A stretch of DNA of 63,774 bases, the filler included, from Intoshia linei (taxonomy: Eukaryota > Animalia > Orthonectida): NCBI GenBank assembly GCA_001642005.1. It is 6 parts of 6 records of this genome, joined end to end, with 100 filler letters (N's around TTAATTAATTAA, not from the genome) between each part and the next. Parts side by side here need not be neighbours in the genome. Positions count along the whole stretch, not along the records: positions 42,889 to 52,717 come from LWCA01001332.1; positions 52,818 to 61,172 come from LWCA01001467.1; 4 more parts are not named here. One strand, given 5' to 3'. The notes beneath the pieces were generated by a model that saw nothing but the letters and a program-made list of their open reading frames with translations, did not search any database and had not been told where the DNA came from. Shown here one piece after another: positions 42,789-56,607 of the stretch. The position numbers were made by a program, and so were the translations under genes. Numbering within the stretch: the stretch's first letter is position 1; every line of letters begins with the position of its first letter.

Positions 42789-44039
42789 NNNNNNNNNNNN
42801 NNNNNNNNNNNNNNNNNNNNNNNNNNNNNNNNTTAATTAATTAANNNNNNNNNNNNNNNNNNNNNNNNNNNNNNNNNNNNNNNNNNNNTTTTGACCCGTA
42901 AGATGTGAGTTTGGGAGGTTGAAATTTATCTTATTATACGTCTCGAAAAAAATTGTTATTGAAATGTGGACTTTATAAAATTCTAAGATTGGTAGTTATT
43001 TCAATAAAGTGGAACACACACACAAACCAAAATCGCGTATCATATTATATAAGTTAGCATATGAACAATTTGAATAAAATAATAAACTCACATAATTTTT
43101 ATAATGACATAGTCATAATTTTACAAAAAATCATTCACTATTAAAAAGAATATTGTAAATGATATGGAATTTTATGTTTGTATATGGAAATCTAAGTCAA
43201 CATAAAAAATCAAAAGAGAGTGTATTTTAAAATCGCATGTAATAGGTGGTAAAAAAAAATCATTGCATGTGAAACCGATGGTTAAATCATTAATAAAAAT
43301 TCAAACTGAATTTTATTCGAGGTTACAACTATATATTATGATATATCCATGGTTATGGCTTTATTGCGTAGAAGTCCGTTATGTAATATATGTACATTTT
43401 TTTAATTTATCTACATTTATATATCATTTATTTTGGGTTATGGAGATGGATAAAATCCTTTAAAAGTCTAATAAATACATTTGTACTTATTTTATTTCAT
43501 CATCAACCCTGGTAAAAAACCACAATATGAACTATAGATAAATTTTAAATTCTACATTGTAAAATGTTGTGTCAAAATAGACATTGCAAATTGAATTTTA
43601 ATTATACTACCGTCGGACCTCGGTTCAGCCAAATTTTTGTTGCAATGTGTCCATAATAAATTAGCAGTTTTATTAACTTATCTAACTGTTAATTAAAAAC
43701 TAAAGTATTGTAATATATTATGATCATATATTAGTTGGAATTACAGTCCAACCAGATTTAGGATGGTATTTTCAGCTAAATCCAGAAAATAATCATTTAA
43801 ATAAATTACAAATTACAAAGTGTATCTAAAAATTTTAGAGTAAATTAAACTGAAATTCAATTTATTAAAATTTTGGCAATAACCATTGCATATACTTAAT
43901 TTTTAACAAGTTTAAATAAATAGAATTATTTTCTAATCTAGAAAATGTATATAAAAAATGTAAATTATACATTGTAGCACTAGTGCTATATAATATAATT
44001 TAGACGTTGAAAATTTTTTTCTAATATAAGAGTTCAATG

Positions 44040-44157
44040 AATAGTGGTCCAAACACATTTCGAGTGAAGGCCAAAAAATAAATTTTACAAATTTCGCGGA
44101 TCGCAAAATTTGATCTTGCCCGCATACGATCAGCGGGCCATGCTTTCGACCACCCTT
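44040..44157. mobile_element. Short hAT-like MITE remnant
   Basis: Imperfect TIR (gtggtccaaac / ttcgaccac) around a GC-rich core (gcgggcc). Similar ends occur at ~476 and ~27605-27640. Confidence 0.4.
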
Positions 44158-45210
44158 ATTAAATGCATGAAATTTTTTAAATTGTGTTAATTTATAATAT
44201 AAAAAAATTTATCTGAAACAAACTAGTATTCATAAAAAAAATACCAGTATAGTGTAAAAATAAATGAATTTGAAAGATATATCACGCAGTAGCAGTAAAG
44301 AAAATATTTTTAATGGTAAATTATTGTTAAAACTTGATATTTGCATTAATCAATTGCACATATTAATTGAATTCCCACACTTCCTATTATAGTTAAGTGG
44401 CTCGAGAAAATTTTAATTGCACAATTTTAATTTATATTGCCAATATTTTTTAAAGATTTAAGATGCCTCTAAAACATGTTAAAAATGTGTGCAACATTTA
44501 ATTATACATTTCGATTTAGTTTTGTTAAAAATAGATTATTCCATGACCCTTAGGGAGAGTATGAAAGCTGATTTAATTATTGAAAATTTTATCAATTTAA
44601 TCAAATCATTTGCAAAATATTGGGTAATCATTATAATTTTTTTTCTCGGTGTAAAAGTGAAATTTGTAAAAAGTTTTAAAAATAAATTTAAATAAAATAA
44701 TACGCTAACTACTTTGTATGCTTTTACTGAATTAAACTACAATGTGACAATTGTTGCCGACAACAAATAATTAGCAACCCTGAAACATTAATATTTTTAT
44801 CATGCTCAGTTCAAACTCTAAAAGAACAAAATCTAGTAAATTGTTTCTCGAAAACAGTTCTATCAGTGGAATTAGTGATATTGGTTAATTTTTCATTTTT
44901 ATTATGCTGCACAGTAAGTTTAAAACATTCCAACATTTATATGTTTAAAATGTCGTTAAAAGATTGGAAACTCTTTAGACAAAATTTTATAAGTATAATT
45001 CGTATCCTAAATATGTAATAAATAAATAATTTCCTAAAGACCTTTTTGAAACCTTTATCTGCCAATCGATAATACTGTCTAACGTACTGTGGATTCCGGG
45101 TAGATGTATATCGATTCAAGGAATAATAATTACAATTCATTCATTTATTTAATTATTGCTATACCCTGTCATCAATTTTTCAATTTTTCATCCACATTAT
45201 ATAATATTTA

Positions 45211-48200
45211 GATGTTAATCTTGAAGCTATTAAATTAGAAGAAGCAATTACCGATTTAGTTCAATTTGTGAAAGATAATGAAAATGAGGTTTTAAAATAA
45301 TGATTTTATACTGATAAAAAAATTTTGTATAGTAAAACGAAATTTTATATTAATATTTTTTGATTTGATGGCTTTTTTGTTTTTGTGTTTACTTGAGCAG
45401 TGAAGCTCAAACTGATTTTCTATTTACATAAGGGTAGCACACGACCGTTTTGAATTTAAACCATAACAGATTCCATGTTTTTATTGTTATATCTTTCAAA
45501 AATTTTAAATAAATATTAAATTTAATTTAGTTTATAATTAAGGTTTTAAAGATTTTCATTGATTTATTACTTTGATCTATATGTATTACGGTCTTATTGG
45601 TTTTTATTTAAATTTTTTTAGAATATAAAACACCACAAGGTGAAATTAATAGAATTTGGAGATATTTGCAATGAATTTATGATGGCCATTAAATACACAA
45701 AGAGAAAAAAAAAATCTGCTGAAGATGTAATGTATCATTCAAATAAGAATTTAATCAAGTTGGTCAATATGGCTCTGAGCTTCACCTGGTGTCTAAAAAA
45801 TATGATTGGCCCGAAAAGTTTTGAAATTATTTAAAAACTCTCTCAGAATTTATGTTTTTTAAAATTCTACGATTCATTTTATTTAAAAAAAAGAATACTT
45901 TAGGGTTTTGACCCTGAAAACTTGAATTTCAAAGAAAGAAATTTACGATAAAATCTTACTCTCGAAAAACTGTATTATAATTTGTATTTTATTAATTTCT
46001 CGGATGCTTAAATATTTAATTAAACGGTAACACACACATTGACATTCGATTTTATATAAGTAAATGACATTTTATTATATTTGGTAGCACGAAAATATTA
46101 AAATGATAAAGTGTTTTGATCCAAAAGTTGATGATGGCTGCTGTAAACTTATAACTTTAGAAATTTTTGTAAATCAAAAATTATGGCTCTTCTTGTTAAT
46201 TCAGAATTTTTTGAGTAACCCATGAAATACTTGTTCCAACGTAAATACACAAAAAAACAAATTTATGACCTAGTCGCCAAAGATTTATATATAGCTTCCA
46301 GAAGCACAGAATGGGAACATTTAACAATCCCGGTGTAAAGTGTATTTTACATTCTGAAGAAAAAACATGTGTTATATTTATTGAGACTTCCATTCTCTAG
46401 AGCGATATTAATTTAAGAGACATTCATTTAAACGACGTATTTTTGGAGCGATACAGCGATTAAACTAGTTGTTCCCGATTGGGGTCCTTGGACCCCAATG
46501 AGTTCAAAACTATATGCTTGGGCAGGGTCGTGACGAGTCAGCAGTAGGTCCGGTCAGATGGAAATTGTAGATATATATAAAAATTTTTTATAAATTGGGA
46601 CATCTATAAATTGTTTAAATAAATAACTATAAATTAATAAATCGGTCGTTGATAGTCTAAAAATTAAAAATAACAGTTGAAAATCGCATTTGTCATTATA
46701 ATTTTGACATATTTAACAAATTTTTCAACATGACTTATTAATAAATTAAAATATTAGGTACTAATAATTGTAGGCCCGGGCCATATGGTTCCCTAGTCCC
46801 TGCCAACGGCTCTGGCTTGGGGTTTGTGAGATTCAAATAAAATTTAGAAAATTTTTATCAACTCTTGTTTATTTTTATAGGAAAATTTTTAATATTTATC
46901 ATATAGTGGTCAGATGTTTATCCTATGGGAACTTATCCTAAAGCCTAGAATACCGCTACTTGGTTATTTAAAAAATTCTACTTGTATGCTACTATTTATA
47001 TTACTTACCAGAAAATACCATTTCAAACCTTCATGGAAAAATCGACTTTATCAAACCTCTTTTACCAATATTTCTTTTTTGAATTTTTTTTTGAAAAATT
47101 CGATGTTACCAAATCTTAAGAACAACAACTTCCTAATCTTAAACCCAAAATAAAAAATCCACTTTTGCCAATATTTTTTTGAAAAACATGATTTTACCAA
47201 ATATTATTAGAAAAAAACCTTTAATTTTTCCTTAGGTTTTAAAAAAAATATATATTTTTGAAATGGGGTCCGTAGTACGGACTCCGTACACTATTGAATC
47301 GGGAACCACTGTCTTATAGTGACATAGTCATCGATTATATTAATTAATCATATTATTGATTTTTTGATCAAATTTTTGTGGATTTCTTTAAGGGTATTTT
47401 ATTAACCCAAAATAATTTTAGACACAATTATTTTCAACATCTTTAAAAATTGGGCGAAACAAAAAATTTCCTTTTCATTATAATTCATATAACATAATTA
47501 TAATATAAATTACTATAATATACAATAATAAATGTATAAGATTGTAGTGATATATCGCTATCATACTAATTAAGATTCGAATCAAGATTTGGACATGTTT
47601 TTATTTAAGATGAACTTATCTGAGTTTATAATAAATCAAATTATATAGTGGAACCGTTATGCGAATTTATATACATATCCAGAATCTGAAAATATGGCAC
47701 AAGTCAATACATACATTGGAATAGTACGCGACACAAAATATGAAGAAAGCTTTGGAACTTTATTAGAGAAACTATCTTCAATTATAGCTGTAATAATGCA
47801 AATATTATTTTTTTATTTATTTTAAAAAAATTTTTAATTAATATTAGCTGAGAAAAACTATTGAAAAAAATTTGAAAAACAATGATTACAGTGAATTTAA
47901 ATTCACGGAATTTACAGAGGTAATGCAGTATTTTTTGGGATAAAGCATATCCTCTTAATTTAAACACTTTAGTTTAAATAACGATATAATAATTAATGTG
48001 AATTAATTATAAAAATATATATACAATAAATGTAAAGTAGATAGCTTTCATTATTTCTGCAATTTTTTATTTTTTATTCCATTTAAAAGTATTTTTAAAA
48101 AAAATACACCATCATTCGATGCAAACAATACCCTTTTTTAATTCATATACGTATAAAAATTAGTAATAGTTGAAAATTATTTAAAATCTTCTAAATAGAT

Positions 48201-51200
48201 ATAAAATAAGAGAATTAGCATGTTTCAGATCAGCCAGTAGTCTTGGCCCAGGTCTGTGCACACTATGCACTGCACAGTTGTAGAAAGCAAAAAGATAATA
48301 ATTTAAAATAATGTCAAGCCATATAAAATATTTAAATTTACACAACAATTCGTCAGAATGAACCAATATCAATTTTTTCCCTTTCACCACAATTCAAAAT
48401 TTTATGATCATTGTACAATGTACAATTTACATTGTATAAATTTAGATAAAAGATAAGTTGGAAAATTTGGTATATTTTAAATTGGATGAAATAACACAAA
48501 CGGAATTAAGCAATGCTAATGATAACATAGACACGGAAACGTTAAATTATAGAGAATCCTTTAAAAGTAAATATATAGATGTTGATATGTGGGGAAATAT
48601 AGCTCACAATCTAAGGTAAATCTCATCATTATTTGGAAATTGAAGGATGAGAGTTTATATGATATTTTTAAACGGTATAATCCGAAAAAAAATCAATTGA
48701 TTAATTTTTTCTGACATTATCTGAGATATGGCTAGTACCGGCCCTACAAAAACTATTCCGTTATTCGCTCAAAAAAACTTTAGTTTTTATGATTTTTATA
48801 CAAAAACGCCGTTATTGGCCAAAAATGTTTCAAAGTAAATAAAAAAATTATCGACATGCCTTGGTTTCTATTAATAAACTGGAAACACTAATAAACAACA
48901 CTACATTACTACTACATCAAATAAATTGTTTTGAATTATATAGAAAATATTTAAATATATGTAGACTCAAAAATTTTGAATTCCCGAATTTGGCGAATAG
49001 TGGACTTTATTGTCTATATAATTATTATAATAATAGATTAAAATGGATTAATTTTAACATGGAAAAAACATTGAAAATAAAAATACCTCCATATATACTA
49101 GTAAATTCTTATGCTATCCGTTGTATTTTTTGGAAAATGGATTTATTGTCAGAACATTGTGAATATTCTAAATTCAAAGTTAAAAAGCCGACTGCGGAAA
49201 AGTCAAGTTTGGTAACAGTTTTAGAGGAGGATATGAATGAAACTACATCTCAAAATTCAGAAAATGTATCAAAAGATTCTTTGACAAAAAAAATTGATAA
49301 AATTGGAATAAATGCGGAAAATTGTACAAATGTATCTGTCAAAATATTGAAAATAAATTCTGACAATGTTATGAATGACGCAATCGATAAAAAAGAATTA
49401 GATGTTTCATCTGAGGAAACATGGTCAGAATATGAAGATCAAAATTGTACTTTTTTACAAGATTTAATTATTAAACCACTCACTGTTTTTCATATGTAGC
49501 AACCGATGATTATGAAGAATTTATGGGACAGGACCACATTATAGATCTACGCGCTTATAGTATAGTTGATAAGATTTTTCAATTGGATTTAATACAGCTT
49601 CCCGATATTAAAAGATCTGTTGGAAAATGGCAAATGCGAGAAGGTATTACAATTAATACTACACCTTTTAATGTTTAAATTAAAATAAATGAAATGAAAA
49701 ATAAAAGAGTTGATGTTTAATTTAAAAAAATTGATATTAAATTTAAAACGCATATATGAACTTCACATTTGAATATAATTATACGAAACGAAATTAATTA
49801 AAATAATATTAAAATTAAAATTTTATTACATTTAATAGTGATGGAGAGTTTATTTTAATTTAAACTTCAACTATTTTAATTTATACTTCAACTATTTTAA
49901 TTTATACTTCAACTATTTTAATTTAAACATTAAAAGGTGTATATACAGGAAATTAGTACTCAGAATGCGTTCAAATATGTGGGTTTTAGAGTTTCAGTCA
50001 TTGTAAATTAATTATACAAATTTAAAGTAGAGCTTCATAAAAGGGTTCAAAGCAATATAACAGGCATACAATTTTATGATTAATTTAACTAATTTAGTTG
50101 TGGAAGGCACTGTAAAGTATGTGTCATATTCAGCAGAAAATAAGGTTAAGACTAATTCAAGCCGTAAGAATTCTAAACGTAGTAGTGATTCCATGAACGA
50201 CGACACTGGAAATTATAAAAAATCACGAATAATTATACAATACAGGTAATTTTTCGAAATGTTTATTTAAAAACGTGAAATATCTGATATGATTAAAATT
50301 CGGTTGAAAAGATTATACAATTGTCGACAAAAAAAGTGAAAGTTTGAAGTTTTTTAATCAAGTTTTTAATTGATAATACAGATGACATATCACGTAGCTG
50401 CTAAAATTTTAAATTATACATTATAGTTATTTTTAAATAAATATTGATATATTATCAATAAAACTTTGAAATTTTAGTATGAAGTGAGATAGTTACATAT
50501 GCATCTTTTTTGAAAAGAAATTTAAAAAATAATCACCGTTAAGCTGTCATTAGAAGACTTTAAATTCTGTAACACCTGTAAAAAAATACAAATTTTTTTA
50601 ATTCAAATATTGAAATAACCACAATATAATATCCTTACTTATATAATATGCTACGTGATTTTTGTTTGTTTGTGTGTGTTCAGCTTTATTTAAATAACTA
50701 CCCGTCTTGGAATTTTATAAAATCCACATTTCAATTACAATTTTTTTCAAAATCTCAGTTTTGATCGCAAAATAAATTTCAACCTCCCAAACTCACATCT
50801 TACGGGTCAAAAACACCAATTATACTTTTTTTTGAAAATAAAATGATTAGGAGAATTTAAAAAAATATATACGCTGATACGGATTTTAAAATCATAAACA
50901 TCATCATAAATTTAAATTTAAAAAAATTATATCTTCAGGGCCAAAACCCCAAATTACCCTTCTTTTTTTAATGAAAATAGCCTTAGAATTTAAAAAAATT
51001 TCAATCCGAATAAGTGACGACTTAACGGTAAAAAAGCATTTTAGTATTCATATATTATTTTTCCGAAATATTTTATTAAAATCAAAAGTGTGAAATAATT
51101 AATGGTCCGATATTTAATAACATTTAATATACAAAAATAATGATAAACTCAAACGAATAAATATGCCGTAGAAAAAAAAAATTCGGGAATTGGAAAATGC

Positions 51201-52298
51201 CATGATTTTGAAATAGGCGCAAATATTTTAAAACTAAGAGAAAGTACTAAAAAATCTTCTTATATAACATACCTCATGAAATAATACTTTAAATTTAAAT
51301 AATGTAATAATCCATTTAGTGCGTAGATCAATAGTAAATTAAAATTATCCGGTTATTGAAAAAATTTTAATTTTGTCGCACCGTGTAATAAATTATGTAA
51401 CTTTATGGCAAAGATTTTAACTAATAAAAGTAACGATTTTGAAATTTTTCTATAAAAATTGGGTTAAGTGATTTTAAGTTTTTCTAATAATGTGTGTGCT
51501 TGGTCAGATTTTACGCTTGCTTTATAAAATATTGCATTCGCTACATTTTTGATGTATATTTTCATAGCAGATAGAATCAATTATAATTGTATTAATATAT
51601 TAAGTAACAATTATTAATTACATAATTATAATTATTTATTTATTATTTTTATTTAATAGTTTTTCAAATGATGTGTGTATTTATCAAGAACCACTAGTTG
51701 CGTATTGGTCTGTTAAAGATAAAAATTGGAGCACAAACGATATAAATATTATGAGTTTTAATGAAGGTACTAAATTATACGCATTCTAATAAGATATTAG
51801 TAATAAGTTATTACTAATAACTAAATCTAATTCGATTATAATTATATCTCAACATACCTCAAGCATTTAATAATGTTCATGTTAAAATTTAACATCTAAA
51901 ACGTGACCACTTTATTAATTTCTGTGGTTAATCATAATTTTAACTTAAGTAATATTAATGTTTATTTTAAGTACGTTTGTACATATTTGTACACGTTTGT
52001 AGTATATTTTTGTATATCGTTTATCAAGGATGTTTATTACAAAAAATAGGAATAACATTTTTGTTATAAAAACAACATTATAATTTTAAAAATACTTTTC
52101 TTATGACTCATGATGAATATTTTGTATAATCATCAATTTAATCTTTGCTAGATCACAATTTTTATTTCCTAACACGGCTTCGGTATGATTTATGATTTAA
52201 AATTAAAATTTATTTTTACGTTTAGATGAGAAAATTATTACTTTCGACGTGTCCAAATTTGGAATTTATGCTTTTTTTCAAGATAGTATTATGAAGTA
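45211..52298 (+). CDS. DNAI7: Dynein axonemal intermediate chain 7 / CASC1-like; multi-exon, 5' exons tentative, 3' part not seen
   Basis: Exons WNRYANLYTYPESENMAQVNTYI (~47649), IDTETLNY...DMWGNIAHNLR (~48446), AIRCIFWKMDLLSE, IIDLRAYSIVDKIFQLDLIQLP...GKW, EPLVAYWSVKDKNWSTNDI (~51659) and ITFDVSKFGIYAFFQD (~52226) follow the CASC1 motif order. Confidence 0.8.
46466..47311. mobile_element. hAT-like MITE with nested fragments
   Basis: Ends tagttgttcccgat / atcgggaaccactg with subterminal ggggtcc motifs. No matching TSD. Confidence 0.5.
49855..49925. repeat. 22-bp tandem repeat, about 3 copies
   Basis: ttaatttatacttcaactattt is reiterated. Confidence 0.85.
50632..51110 (+). mobile_element. 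Helitron 5' portion in a DNAI7 intron
   Basis: A|TCCTTACTTATATAATATG start, colinear with 35168-~35665. No immediate 3' end. Confidence 0.8.
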
Positions 52299-52366
52299 AT
52301 TTATTATTAATATTACAGAATTTATACAGAAATTACAGAAATAATAATACATTATAGAAGAGTGCC

Positions 52367-52717
52367 ACTGTTTTTACTTTATTTTTAATATTATACACAC
52401 ATTCTGTCTAATAAATTAAAAAGTTTTAACTTTATTTTTAATATTATACACACATTCTGTCTAATAAATTAAAAAAATGGGATAATAATTGTTTATAAAA
52501 TTCTTTATACAAATGTTAAACAAAAAATTAAGATGGAATAATTCACTTTAAAGTAAAAAGTAATGTGATATGTTGGTTCCACCTGAAACAAGTTTGGGAA
52601 CCACTCCTTTAAAGGATTGATAATAGTGAATAGTAGTATTTTTAAGTTAGATTTTCAACGTGAATTTTTTTGGTATAATAAAAATGTGCCCTCGGCAGAG
52701 CTAGGTGCTGTTTGTAC
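52367..52717 (+). mobile_element. Helitron 3' block with hAT terminus, cut by a gap
   Basis: Inverse match to 15968-16297, with an internal ~55-bp tandem duplication. Ends in gccctcggcagagctaggtgctgtttgtac. Confidence 0.75.
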
Positions 52718-52899
52718 NNNNNNNNNNNNNNNNNNNNNNNNNNNNNNNNNNNNNNNNNNNNTTAATTAATTAANNNNNNNNNNNNNNNNNNNNNNNNNNN
52801 NNNNNNNNNNNNNNNNNAATTTAATAATTACAGCACATCTATATTACCCGTTTGTAGTAAGACCTACTCACCCCTGGTTACACAGTACTTACAAATTTT

Positions 52900-54915
52900 C
52901 TCTGAACAACCTGGCAGAATCCGTAATTATTTCTATTCAATAGATTTACTTCCAAACACTCGTGTGTGTAACGGTTCTATCTGTCCTATTCCTTACAACC
53001 TTTTAACAATATTTTCAAATCAAATTAAAGAAATGCTGCAAGCTAAAATAATCGAACCATTAAAGTCGGCATACAGATCTCCTTATTTTTTTGTTCCCAA
53101 GAAAGATAGATCCCAAAGGTTAGTCATCGACTTCCAAAAACTAAATAAGATCACTAAAACAGACGCATACCCAATGATGAATCCTAACACTATCCTTGAT
53201 GAACTAAAAGGTAAAACGGTGTTTTCAGTATTTGACCTCTCCAGTGGTTTCTGGCAAATACCCCTTAAACCCGAGGATCGACACAAAACTGCGTTTGCGA
53301 TTGGGAAAAGTCTTTATCATTTCTGTGTGATGCCTTTCGGATTGGTAAATGCACCCGCGACATGTCAACGGGTTATGAACGAAATAACGGCAGACCTTGA
53401 AGGTGTGCATTGTTATATGGACGATATCTTACTATGCTCGAAAGATGCAGAAGAACATAAGGTGCATTTACAGAAACTATTTCGTAAGTTAAAACTAGCT
53501 GGCTTAACATTGAAACCACAGAAATGTAGAATAGGTATGAATGAAGTAAAATTTTTGGGTCACGTGATCAACGGCAGCGGTATAGGTATAGATACTGAAA
53601 AAGTCGATGCCATTAACAAACTTCTCCCACCTCACAATATTAGAGGCGTACGTAGGTTCATGGGCATATGCAATTACCATAGTAGATTTATACCCAATTT
53701 CATGGATATTGTTGCTCCTATTCGGAAAATACTAAAAAAACGGCAAAAATTTGACTGGTCCCTCAAATGTCAAGAAGCTTTTAGTATATTAAAAGACAAA
53801 CTCACCAATCGTGTCACCTCCAGACTCTTCGAAGGAGTTTGTTTTAGAAACGGATGCATCCGATACAGCTCTTGGAGCGGTTTTAAGGCAAGAGGAGAAA
53901 GTTATATATTATGCAAGCACCTCGTTAACTGATACGCAGAAACGATACAGTACTCTTCCAAAGTAGTTTCTTGCAATGTATTTGGCAATAAATAAATTCA
54001 AATTGTATCTTTTCGGAAAGAGGTTTACAGTATTAACGGACCACAATCCACTGGTAAACATAAGAAAATCAAACAAAGTGAACAATCGAACGCTTAGATG
54101 GATAAATGTCTTAGAAGAGTATTCCTTTGATATTAAATACAGACCTGGAGCTGAAAACGTAACAACTGACATCTTGTCACGTGATATAAACGCAATAAGT
54201 TTAATAGATGATCCATTTAACGTAGAAGAGGCTCAGAAACAGGACACAGTGTGCCAAGATATCCTGAACAAACTGAAGACAAGGGAAAATATCCCGAAGG
54301 TAAATCCGTTGTACATATACAAGAATAACATTATAATGGAGCAAGGAATCCTGAAATATCGTAGAAGCTCTACCAAATTACCTCTCTTACCGCTCTACCA
54401 GAGTCTAAAAGAGACCAGGTTATACATTTCTATCATAATTCTAAAATATATTGCCACCCTGGTACAGTTAAATTTGCAAAATAATCAAAAATCTATACTT
54501 CTTTCCAAAATTATATCTACACATAGCAAATTATGTAAACAAATGCGAATTATGCCACAAGGCTAAATTCCAAAATCATTCGTTATCAAAACCTTACGCA
54601 CATCAAGAAAACGGCTTGGTTGAGCGAACAAATCGTTCAGTTCGGGAAAAATTAAGAATACTTTGTAACGAAAATTTTGAAAACTGGGACCTGGAGCTTC
54701 ACTCGGTACTTGCAAGTTTGCGTTTTTTATCTACTCAAAAAAATCAAACATTTCCTCTAGAACTTCTGACCGGTTACAATGCCTTTCTACATAATCTCAA
54801 TAAATCTAGATTACTCGATTTCATAGCAAAATCGAAAGCTTATCGCAAACAATACACAAGAAATATGAAAAAATCATATGACAAAAATTTTAAGAATTAT
54901 AGACATGACCTTGAT
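52900..54915 (+). mobile_element. Ty3/gypsy pol pseudogene (RT, RNase H, truncated integrase)
   Basis: RT motifs FDLSSGFWQ, MPFGLVNAPAT and YMDD. Frameshift near 53810 into LETDASDTALGAVL, then an in-frame stop, TDHNPL and YRPGAEN. Integrase HHCC remnant is followed directly by VERTNR. Confidence 0.95.
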
Positions 54916-54923
54916 TACACTCC

Positions 54924-55005
54924 AATTTATTTTTTTGGTATAATAAAAGAGTGCTCTCGGCAGAGCTAGGTGCTGTTTGTACGTAGTACAAAACAGCCAA
55001 GCTAG
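54924..55005 (+). mobile_element. Helitron 3' terminus
   Basis: Hairpin gctgtttgtac-gta-gtacaaaacagc followed by CTAG|T. Nearly identical to the ends at ~15970(-) and 36077. Confidence 0.85.
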
Positions 55006-55708
55006 TATATTATTCAGTCCAATTTAATATATAATTAATGGAATCACCACTTTATAAACATATTTCAGGTGAATTTTACCAATATTGCAAAGGATTGTAT
55101 AAATATAAAAATCATAATAGCAAAGTTGTATTACTTTTAGTAATTTGTTTTAATTTAAATGAAAATGAAAAAAACCGAAGGAATCAATTATACTATATTA
55201 CATTAGGACCATTAATTATTTCAAATGTTTTGTTAATTAAGTAGTTTTGAAATAAAAAATTAATATTAAAGTCCTTTTTTGATCGTGATGGCGTCACTTA
55301 TTCAGATTGAAATTTCATGTGTCTTAACAGGATATAACTGTATCATCTGTAATAAAATTCAATTTTTTTAAATTCTAGAGCTGTTTTCATTTTAAAAAAT
55401 AGGTAATGTGTGGTTTTGATCGTGAAAATTATTTTTTTTGAGGTTTAAATTTATGATAATGTTTACGATTTTAAAAACTATCCCAGAATGTATGTTTTAT
55501 TAAATTTTGGGCTGATATTTTTTAAACAAAAGGGAAATTGGGTTTTTGATCCTGAAGGAATCTGAAAAATGGGTTTTTTTTTTAAATTCTGCAACTGTCA
55601 ATTTTTTCAACACATGGTTAAACAAACACACACAGACAATCATTTTTATATAAGTACCAGATAGAAAACTAATATTTCAATGTAATGTATTAAAATCATT
55701 TACTACAA

Positions 55709-56607
55709 TTAATATTTCCAATGATGTTTTCCTTCAGGTAGCTTTCTTTTGTACATTTCGCTTTTATTCATATAATCGTTTAATTGAATATCCGATTTCC
55801 ACACCCATTGTCGACGAACATATTCCAGAGAAAACACAACGCCAGTAAAACCAAGCAATTTGAAAATATGAACTAAGTCACTTCTTTTTATCTATTTGAA
55901 AAAATGTATTTACAATACAGTGTAGATCAGTGGTTTCCAAAAAAATATATTGTCGAACCCCCTAACAGTATACAAATATATTTAGAGAAGATCAATTAGT
56001 ACAAAAGAGTGAATATGTTTATTATATTATCATAACAGCAATTAAAAAAATGTTATCTTTTAATATTAATATTACTGGTTTTATTTTCGTTATAAATCAT
56101 ACTTTAATATAATTGACACCCTAGTTACTAGGGCATACTATACAAACAATTGTAAAGTTATTATTGTTCTTTTTTGTTTATATACGTGTTATTATCTCGT
56201 AAGGGTTAATAACATTTAAATTTATTATAATTCAAAATTAATCCAAATTTCAAAAATATATTAATTAAATATCAAATACTAAATCAAATTAATGTTAATA
56301 ATTTTAAAATTTTTCTTAAATTTGCGGCCCCATCAGACTCTGTAGGCCCCCTGGTGGGGCAAAGCGCCCATTTGGGAACCACTGGTGTAGATCACTGATT
56401 AGATAAATCAGATGTTGACATTGGCGATTTTTGAAAAAATATTAAATCTATTAAGCCAGATTACCGTTAGGTGATAAAAACATTTTTACAGGCTGTTTCA
56501 TCATTCTACATTCTGTACAAAAATGTTCATACATAACACTCATTATAAATACACCCGAAAATCAAAAATAGGTCAATAAAATTTTTTTACAAACCGAATA
56601 ATGCCAT
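55709..56607 (-). CDS. Probable complex I subunit NDUFB1-like small membrane protein; 5' exons uncertain
   Basis: The last exon (55891-55709), IKRSDLVHIFKLLGFTGVVFSLEYVRRQWVWKSDIQLNDYMNKSEMYKRKLPEGKHHWKY*, resembles the NDUFB1 C-terminus (D.RL..FRNKS.LFKREL......WK). Confidence 0.55.
55928..56384. mobile_element. hAT-type MITE
   Basis: TIRs cagtggtttccaaa / tttgggaaccactg with an exact 8-bp TSD gtgtagat (55920-55927 and 56385-56392). Confidence 0.88.

Noticed and set aside
44489-45140. Short ORFs upstream of DNAI7, including NPQYVRQYYRLADKGF on the minus strand
   Set aside because: These could be exons, but no consistent splice model or motif was found.
53083-54172. Three minus-strand ORFs overlapping the gypsy pol
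   Set aside because: Antisense shadows with no motifs.
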